Assembly: GCA_045580735.1 (NCBI GenBank)
Contig: JAZNOJ010000095.1
Location: 14,787 to 78,786 of the forward strand
Source of the DNA: Candidatus Egerieisoma sp.
GTDB taxonomy: Bacteria > Bacillota > Clostridia > UBA1212 > UBA1255
Direction: 5' to 3'
Length of the DNA: 64,000 nt
Shown here: positions 57,917-64,000 of the stretch, piece after piece
Layout: each line of letters opens with the position of its first letter
Position numbering within the stretch: position 1 is the stretch's first letter
The notes under the pieces: model-generated
The model's database searches: none
Told to the model about the DNA's origin: nothing
The model's input: only the letters and a program-made list of their open reading frames with translations
Program-made: the position numbers and the translations under genes

Positions 57917-59266
57917 ATGAGAGAAAAACAAAATTCATATGGAGTCCTTAGTAAAGCTCTAATAGCTTTTTTATGCTTATTGATTTTATTTAACAGTGCT
58001 TTTTTTGCAGTAAGTGCAGAAGGCACAGATGTAAATAAGGCTTCAGCGCAAGGCTCATTAGATGAAAATTTACTGGGAACTGATAAGTACAAATACGGTA
58101 TTGACATAATCGTTAGCCAATTTGTAGGTAGCGAAAAGAATGATGGTTATACTGAAGATCCGCAATGGGTAAATTCTTTTTTAGATTATTTAATTAGCAT
58201 CAATTGGACGGTTGTTGTATTTAGAGATGGTGTGCTCCCTGAAATATGGTTCGATGCAGCTAATGAAAGAGAAATGCTGATTCTAGATAAAAATAGCGAT
58301 GAAGAATGGGAAAAATCACAAGCTGAGCTATGGAAGCCTGAAACCATTATATTAGATAAGGCTAATGAAATGAAGAAGGCAAATCCGGATTGCATTATTA
58401 TTCCTGTTATTTACTATTATGATGGAATTTTTACTGAATCACCATCTTTTAGTGATATGAGCGCAACAAGACTTAAAAGTGTTTTTTCGCCTGTTTCCTT
58501 TGAAACGGATAGTGACAGTAATGCCAAAGAGGATGTTGGTTTTATACAGGGGATAATTGATTATTTCAAAGAAATGCTTTATAAAACATTCGTAAAGGAT
58601 AATCGTTATGAATTGTTTTTAGAGGGTATTAGAAATACAATTTTCATTGCACTTATGGCTACGTTATTTGGTGTTTTGATTGGTATGATTGTAGCTGTAA
58701 TTAAGGTTTGGAATAATCAAAATATATTAGCGAAAAAGAAAAATCCATTACTTAAAGTATTAAATACAATATGTGAAGCATATACGTCTGTTATTAGAGG
58801 AACACCAGTTGTTGTACAACTATTGATTACATATAATGTAATTTTTGTTTACTCAGACAATGCAGTAGCAGTTGGTATATTTGCTTTTAGTATAAATTCA
58901 GGTGCATATATTTCAGAAATTATAAGAGCAGGTATAAATTCTGTAGACAAAGGTCAAACGGAGGCGGGACGTTCTTTAGGCTTATCTCAATTTACAACAA
59001 TGAAAAGTATCGTGCTTCCACAGGCATTGAAGAATATTTTACCAGCATTAGGTAATGAATTTATAGCCTTATTAAAAGAAACATCCGTTATTGGATATTT
59101 AGGAGTTATTGACCTTACAAGAGCTGGTGAAATTGTACGAAGCAGAACGGCTGATGCGTTCTTTACATTGATTTTTGTTGCTATTATTTACTTTATATTA
59201 GTATTTGGTTTATCTGCAATATTTAAAAAGATTGAAAGGAGATTGAATAAAAGTGATAAGAACTGA
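57917..59266 (+). CDS. polar amino-acid ABC transporter permease (HisMQ family) with an approximately 190-aa N-terminal extracytoplasmic domain of unknown type
   Basis: The C-terminal 225 aa form a standard permease with the EAA loop ([35 protein letters not shown]). The N-terminus is a signal anchor followed by a domain with no SBP_bac_3-like motifs that I can recognise. Confidence 0.8.
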   Translation: MREKQNSYGVLSKALIAFLCLLILFNSAFFAVSAEGTDVNKASAQGSLDENLLGTDKYKYGIDIIVSQFVGSEKNDGYTEDPQWVNSFLDYLISINWTVVVFRDGVLPEIWFDAANEREMLILDKNSDEEWEKSQAELWKPETIILDKANEMKKANPDCIIIPVIYYYDGIFTESPSFSDMSATRLKSVFSPVSFETDSDSNAKEDVGFIQGIIDYFKEMLYKTFVKDNRYELFLEGIRNTIFIALMATLFGVLIGMIVAVIKVWNNQNILAKKKNPLLKVLNTICEAYTSVIRGTPVVVQLLITYNVIFVYSDNAVAVGIFAFSINSGAYISEIIRAGINSVDKGQTEAGRSLGLSQFTTMKSIVLPQALKNILPALGNEFIALLKETSVIGYLGVIDLTRAGEIVRSRTADAFFTLIFVAIIYFILVFGLSAIFKKIERRLNKSDKN

Positions 59267-59978
59267 AAATCTCGTTAAAACCTTTGATGGTAAAAAAATC
59301 ATTTTAAATGGAATTACCGAAAAAATTCAAAAAAAAGAAAAAGTTGTAATTATCGGACCTTCGGGCTCCGGAAAAAGTACATTTTTAAGATGCTTAAATT
59401 TGTTAGAAACTCCGACAAGCGGAAACATATTTTTTAAAGATGAGAATATTACAACAAAGGGAGTTAACATAAATAAAATAAGAATGCATATGGGAATGGT
59501 ATTTCAGCATTTTAATTTGTTTCCTCATTTTACGATACTTGAAAACATTTCATTTGCACCTGTAAAATTAAAGCTACAAACTAAAGAAGAAGCTGAAGAA
59601 AATGCAAATAGGCTTTTAAAGCGTATAGGATTGTCTGATAAGGTAAAAGCGTATCCTAATATGCTTTCAGGAGGACAAAAGCAGCGTGTTGCAATAGTAA
59701 GAGCGCTTGCAATGAATCCTGAGCTTATGCTTTTTGATGAACCTACGAGTGCCCTTGACCCTGAAATGGTTGGTGAGGTTTTGAATTTGATGCACGAGCT
59801 TGCAGATGAGGGTATGACGATGGTTGTTGTAACTCATGAAATGGGCTTTGCGAAGGAGGTTGCAAATAGGGTATTATTTATGGATGAAGGAAAAATTATT
59901 GAACAGGGAACACCTTTTGAAGTATTTGATGCTCCTAAGCATGAAAGAACAAAAGACTTTTTGTCAAAGGTTCTATAA
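59253..59978 (+). CDS. polar amino-acid ABC transporter ATP-binding protein (GlnQ-like)
   Basis: Walker [10 protein letters not shown], signature [15 protein letters not shown], and Walker [13 protein letters not shown]. The GTG start overlaps the permease 3' end. Confidence 0.92.
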   Translation: MIRTENLVKTFDGKKIILNGITEKIQKKEKVVIIGPSGSGKSTFLRCLNLLETPTSGNIFFKDENITTKGVNINKIRMHMGMVFQHFNLFPHFTILENISFAPVKLKLQTKEEAEENANRLLKRIGLSDKVKAYPNMLSGGQKQRVAIVRALAMNPELMLFDEPTSALDPEMVGEVLNLMHELADEGMTMVVVTHEMGFAKEVANRVLFMDEGKIIEQGTPFEVFDAPKHERTKDFLSKVL

Positions 59979-59994
59979 AAATATTTGATTTTTT

Positions 59995-60034
59995 AATCTA
60001 TATATGTTATTAATCACTATATAGATTTTTAATT
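59995..60034 (+). terminator. AT-rich hairpin terminator candidate after the ABC genes
   Basis: AATCTATATA (59995..60004) pairs perfectly with TATATAGATT (60018..60027) across a 13-nt loop, then TTTAATT. Confidence 0.45.
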
Positions 60035-60063
60035 AATGAAACTTAAAGAGGAGAGTGGATTTT

Positions 60064-61158
60064 ATGGCATTACATGAGTACAAATGTCCGTGCTGTGATG
60101 GTGCTATTGAGTTTGATAGTGAGTCACAAAAAATGCTTTGTCCGTATTGTGGTACTGAATTTGATGTAGAAACATTGAAAAGCTACGATGAAGACTTAAA
60201 AAGTGATGCGGCAGATAATATGGAATGGGAAACCGAGGCAGGCAATGAGTGGACAGAGGGTGAAACAGAAGGAATGCGTGTTTATGTATGTAATACGTGC
60301 GCAGGTCAAATTGTAGCAGATGAAACATTGGCAGCTACGGAATGTCCATATTGCGGTAATCCTGTTGTTATGATGGGACAATTTAAAGGCGATTTGAAGC
60401 CTGATTATGTAATTCCTTTTAAGCTAGATAAAAAAGATGCTAAAAAAGCACTTATGAATCACTTTAAGGGCAAGAGATTACTTCCTAAGGTTTTCAAGGA
60501 TGAAAATCATATTGATGAAATAAAGGGCATTTATGTTCCATTTTGGCTTTATGATGCAGATGCAAATGCAACTATAAGATACAGAGCTACAAAGGTTCGT
60601 GCATGGAGCGATTCAGATTATAATTATACACAAACTAGCTTTTATTCTATATTTAGACAGGGCAGCATTGGATTTGAAAATGTTCCGGTAGATGGCTCGT
60701 CAAAAATGCCTGACGATTTAATGGAGTCTATTGAGCCTTTTAATATAAAAGAAGCTGTTGATTTTCAAACTGCATATCTTTCGGGATATTTGGCTGATAG
60801 ATATGATGTTAATGCTACTGATAGTAATGTTAGAGCGAACCAAAGAATTAAAAGGAGTACTGAAAATGCATTCGCAAAAACTGTAAAGGGATATACGGCA
60901 GTAAATCCTGTGCAATCAAGCATTAATTTGCAAAATGGTACATCGAAATATGCTTTATATCCAGTATGGATTTTAAATACAAATTGGAATGGTAATAAAT
61001 ATACATTTGCAATGAATGGTCAAACTGGAAAATTTGTAGGTGATTTACCTGTTGACAAGAGTGCTTTAAAGAAATGGTTGTTTGGTATTGCAGGCGTAGT
61101 TGCCGCTGCATGCTTTGGAATATCATTTTTGTTTTGGCTTATTAATTGGGGGCTATGA
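60064..61158 (+). CDS. double zinc-ribbon protein with uncharacterised central domain and C-terminal TM anchor
   Basis: CPCC...CPYC and CNTC...CPYC motifs, with the C-terminal hydrophobic segment LFGIAGVVAAACFGISFLFWLI. The start is trimmed to ATG 60064, with AGAGGAGA upstream. Confidence 0.6.
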   Translation: MALHEYKCPCCDGAIEFDSESQKMLCPYCGTEFDVETLKSYDEDLKSDAADNMEWETEAGNEWTEGETEGMRVYVCNTCAGQIVADETLAATECPYCGNPVVMMGQFKGDLKPDYVIPFKLDKKDAKKALMNHFKGKRLLPKVFKDENHIDEIKGIYVPFWLYDADANATIRYRATKVRAWSDSDYNYTQTSFYSIFRQGSIGFENVPVDGSSKMPDDLMESIEPFNIKEAVDFQTAYLSGYLADRYDVNATDSNVRANQRIKRSTENAFAKTVKGYTAVNPVQSSINLQNGTSKYALYPVWILNTNWNGNKYTFAMNGQTGKFVGDLPVDKSALKKWLFGIAGVVAAACFGISFLFWLINWGL

Positions 61159-61967
61159 ATATGAGAAAGTATAATGATTTAAAAAATAAATTTGTATCTT
61201 TGAGATTTTTTGTTGCCTTTATTTTGGTAGCTGCATCATTAATTATGTTTTCAACATCGTACAATGGTCTTGCTTCATATGCAAAGTCTAACCTACTATC
61301 GGTAGTTGACAGTGCAGATATTTTGTCTGAAAGTGAAGAAAAAGAATTACTAACTTTGGTTAATGAAATAGTAGAACGCCAAAAGGTTGATGTTGCAATT
61401 GTAACTGTAGAAGACTTCAATACATACGAGGTTTGGGATGCTGCAGAGGACTTCTATCAAGATAATAATTATGGATATGGAGATAAAAAAGATGGTATAA
61501 TGCTTTATATCAGCATGGCTGACAGAGATTGGGCAATCTATACATTTGGTTATGCTAAAGAGGTATTTACAGATCCACCGCTAGACAGGTTAGAGGAATC
61601 TTTTTTAGATTTATTAGGACAAGATAAGTATTTTGAAGGATTTAAAGGCTTTGCAAAATGTGTGGACGAGGAAATTACAGACCACAAAGAAGGAAAGCCG
61701 GATAAGCCATTCTCATTTGTATTTAATCTTTTAATTTCTTTAGCTATAGGCTTCGTCGTTGCTTTTATAGTGACTAATAGTATGAAAGCAAAGCTAAAAA
61801 GCGTTAAAAGACAGGCTGCAGCAACTGAGTATACAAAGCTTGGTAGTATGAAAGTTCAGCAAAGCCGTGATGTCTTCCTTTATACAACAACCACAAAGAC
61901 TGCAAAACCGAAGAGTAGTAATCATTCTTCATCAAGTGGTGGCGGTGGCAGAAGCGGAAAGTTTTAA
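61155..61967 (+). CDS. TPM-domain (YgcG-like) membrane protein with Gly/Ser-rich C-terminal tail
   Basis: Signal anchor, then a TPM-like block DSADILSESEEKELLTLVNEIVERQKVDVAIVTV, a later TM helix, and the tail SSSSGGGGRSGKF. An ATGA overlap joins it to the upstream gene. Confidence 0.7.
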   Translation: MNMRKYNDLKNKFVSLRFFVAFILVAASLIMFSTSYNGLASYAKSNLLSVVDSADILSESEEKELLTLVNEIVERQKVDVAIVTVEDFNTYEVWDAAEDFYQDNNYGYGDKKDGIMLYISMADRDWAIYTFGYAKEVFTDPPLDRLEESFLDLLGQDKYFEGFKGFAKCVDEEITDHKEGKPDKPFSFVFNLLISLAIGFVVAFIVTNSMKAKLKSVKRQAAATEYTKLGSMKVQQSRDVFLYTTTTKTAKPKSSNHSSSSGGGGRSGKF

Positions 61968-61987
61968 TATTTACTAAAAATCTATAA

Positions 61988-62038
61988 AAAGGATTACAGA
62001 CTCGCATTATGTGAGAATGTAATCTTTTTTTGTTTTTT
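61988..62038 (+). terminator. rho-independent terminator
   Basis: GGATTACA..CTCGCA pairs with TGTGAG..TGTAATC (7 bp, a 2x2 internal loop, then 6 bp) and is followed by TTTTTTTGTTTTTT. Confidence 0.85.
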
Positions 62039-62053
62039 AACATATAAATGATT

Positions 62054-62082
62054 TTGACACATAAGGTGAATTGATATATAAT
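62054..62082 (+). promoter_or_regulatory. consensus sigma-A promoter of the aminotransferase gene
   Basis: TTGACA (62054..62059), 17-nt spacer, TATAAT (62077..62082). Confidence 0.75.
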
Positions 62083-62112
62083 GATGTGAAATTCTTTTTT
62101 TCGGAGGTAATT

Positions 62113-63369
62113 ATGAGCTACGAAAATATTTTAAAAGTTGCCCAACAAAAATACGATGAATACAAATCAAAAAATTTAAAATATGATATGACACGCGGTA
62201 AGCCTGCAACCATGCAATTAGAATTATCAAATGAGATGATGTCTGAAAAGTATTTAGGTGATTACAAAGCTTCTAATGGTTTTGATTGCAGAAATTACGG
62301 CGTACTTGATGGTATTCCTGAAATAAAAGAATTATTTGCACAAGTATTTGATGTTCCTGCAAGTCAAGTTATCGCATGTGGTAACTCTAGTCTTACAATT
62401 ATGTATGATTTAATATCGGCATTTATGATATTAGGTACAGGTAAAGGTGCAATGCCTTGGGCAAAATATGATAAAGTAAAATTCATATGTCCTGTTCCGG
62501 GTTATGACAGACATTTTGCTATAACCGAGAGATTTGGCTTTGAAATGATAAATGTTCCGATAGGCGAGGATGGACCCGATATTGACATGATTGAAAAACT
62601 CGTAAAAAAAGATTCTTCAATTAAGGGTATGTGGTCTGTTCCTAAATATAGCAATCCTACAGGCGTTGTCTATTCTGATGAAATAATAAAGCGTCTTGCT
62701 GAAATGGAATGTGCAGCAGATGATTTTAGAATTTTTTGGGATGATGCGTATACAATTCATATGCTTGAGGGAGAACCTGCAAAGCAGCTTAATTTGATTA
62801 AGGCGTGTGCTGAAGCCGGAAATGATGATAGAGCTATCGTTTTAGCATCTACATCTAAAATTACATATCCTGGCGCAGGTGTTGCTGCATTAGCTTCAAG
62901 TGTAGATAATATTTCATGGTTTAAGAATATTTATACAGTACAAACTATCGGTCCAAATAAAATCAATCAATTAAGACATGCAAAATTCTTTGTAAATTAT
63001 GATGGCCTTATAGCACATATGCATAAGCATGCTGAAATTTTAAAACCAAAATTTGATGCTGTAATTAGAATATTTGAAGAAGAATTTTCAGATAATGATT
63101 TCCTTTCGTGGAGTAATCCAAAGGGAGGATACTTTATAAGCGTCGATACAAAGTATAATTGTGCTTCAGAGGTTGTAGCTATGGCAAAGGAGTGTGGAGT
63201 TTTATTTACTGCTGCAGGTGCGACATTCCCATACAGAAAGGATCCTGAAAACAAAAATATTAGAATAGCACCTTCACTTCCACCAGTCGAGGAGCTAGAG
63301 GTCGCTATAAGGGTATTTTGTCAATGTGTAAAAATTTGCTCGGTTAATAAAATTAACGAAGGCAAATAA
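62113..63369 (+). CDS. class I/II PLP-dependent aminotransferase (putative aspartate aminotransferase family)
   Basis: The start region YDMTRGKPA is typical of this aminotransferase subgroup, and STSKITYPGAGVA contains the PLP lysine. The start is trimmed to ATG 62113, with GGAGG 5 nt upstream. Confidence 0.75.
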   Translation: MSYENILKVAQQKYDEYKSKNLKYDMTRGKPATMQLELSNEMMSEKYLGDYKASNGFDCRNYGVLDGIPEIKELFAQVFDVPASQVIACGNSSLTIMYDLISAFMILGTGKGAMPWAKYDKVKFICPVPGYDRHFAITERFGFEMINVPIGEDGPDIDMIEKLVKKDSSIKGMWSVPKYSNPTGVVYSDEIIKRLAEMECAADDFRIFWDDAYTIHMLEGEPAKQLNLIKACAEAGNDDRAIVLASTSKITYPGAGVAALASSVDNISWFKNIYTVQTIGPNKINQLRHAKFFVNYDGLIAHMHKHAEILKPKFDAVIRIFEEEFSDNDFLSWSNPKGGYFISVDTKYNCASEVVAMAKECGVLFTAAGATFPYRKDPENKNIRIAPSLPPVEELEVAIRVFCQCVKICSVNKINEGK

Positions 63370-63380
63370 TGCTCAATTAT

Positions 63381-63409
63381 TTGAAATATTTTATGCATTA
63401 TATTATAAT
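63381..63409 (+). promoter_or_regulatory. promoter of the M18 aminopeptidase gene
   Basis: TTGAAA (63381..63386), 17-nt spacer, TATAAT (63404..63409). Confidence 0.6.
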
Positions 63410-63447
63410 GTGAATATGAAAATCGTTTAAATGCTTCGGAGGTATTT

Positions 63448-64000
63448 ATGAGTATAAAGGAATTAGAATTCAAAAGAGAATCAGCTTGGTACTCCATGAC
63501 AGAAGAACAAAAATCTGCTGCGCATGAATTTTCAAAAGGATATATAAATTATTTAAATATAGCAAAAACTGAACGAGAATGTGTTTCCATAATGAAAAAG
63601 GAAGCACAAGAAAAGGGATTTGTGGATTTTGCTGATGTTATGAGTGGAAAAATAACATTAAAGCCCGGACTCAAGACTTATTGGATTAATAGAGACAAAG
63701 CTATGATGATGGCAGTTATTGGTAAAGATGATCCTGAAAACGGCTGTCATATGGTGGGCGCTCATGTTGATGCACCAAGACTTGATTTAAGACCACAGCC
63801 TCTTTACGAGGATCATGATATCGGACTTTTAAAAACTCATTATTACGGAGGAATAAAGAAGTATCAATGGATGTCAGTACCTCTTGCAATGCATGGTGTA
63901 ATTTGCAAAAAGGATGGTTCAAAAATAGAAATTACTATTGGTGAAGATGAAAACGATCCGATTTTTGTAATTAACGATTTACTTCCGCATCTTGCATACG
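63448..64000 (+). CDS. M18-family aminopeptidase, 3'-truncated by the window end
   Basis: Not in the ORF track because it is open-ended. Manual translation from ATG 63448 (GGAGG upstream) gives MSIKELEFKRESAWYSMTEEQKSAAHEF...GAHVDAPRLDLRPQPLYEDHDIGLLKTHYYGGIKKYQW... with no stop up to nt 64000. Confidence 0.8.
   Translation, partial: MSIKELEFKRESAWYSMTEEQKSAAHEFSKGYINYLNIAKTERECVSIMKKEAQEKGFVDFADVMSGKITLKPGLKTYWINRDKAMMMAVIGKDDPENGCHMVGAHVDAPRLDLRPQPLYEDHDIGLLKTHYYGGIKKYQWMSVPLAMHGVICKKDGSKIEITIGEDENDPIFVINDLLPHLAY

Noticed and set aside
1-64000. Search for tRNA or rRNA genes, CRISPR repeats, IS or transposase genes, integrases, prophage genes or defence-system genes.
   Set aside because: None was recognised by eye in any frame or intergenic region. 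The gene content is housekeeping throughout, so I report no mobile or defence features.

Overview
This is a 64-kb chromosomal window from an AT-rich (judged by eye, not computed) low-GC Firmicute. It most likely belongs to a fermentative anaerobe of the Clostridia, given pyruvate formate-lyase, desulfoferrodoxin, a GlgC/GlgD-type glycogen operon and HprK. About 50 densely packed CDS are mostly on the + strand, with three minus-strand islands. I found no rRNA, tRNA, CRISPR array, transposase, integrase or phage genes, so this reads as core housekeeping genome rather than an accessory island. Content, left to right: a pfl locus (-); glgBCDAP; nrdR; comM-dprA-topA-trmFO; a cell-wall amidase; a GT2 plus DUF1846 pair (-); decarboxylase Na+-pump gamma/beta subunits; htpG; apgM; an SGNH esterase; aroF-tyrA; dfx; a UDP-sugar pyrophosphorylase; a two-component system; hprK-murB-rapZ and a CBS-pyrophosphatase; several secreted proteins; a 2-oxoacid dehydrogenase operon with a DeoR regulator (-); pepV; smc-ftsY; an amino-acid ABC transporter; a zinc-ribbon/TPM membrane pair; an aminotransferase; and a 3'-truncated M18 aminopeptidase. 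Two observations stand out. (1) A four-segment, ribosome-mediated attenuator precedes aroF-tyrA, with a 30-codon leader peptide carrying a YFYFYFYF run. It is readable directly from the sequence and is an unusual mechanism for a Firmicute. (2) The pyruvate formate-lyase gene is split. The 701-aa catalytic polypeptide lacks the glycyl-radical domain, which is encoded by its own 80-aa GrcA-like ORF with its own RBS. Lesser observations are a fused E1 alpha-beta 2-oxoacid dehydrogenase operon in E2-E3-E1-DeoR order with paired palindromic operators, a desulfoferrodoxin-BFD fusion, and an ABC permease with an unassigned ectodomain and no binding protein. All functional calls rest on motif recognition in the supplied translations. 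No database search was possible.
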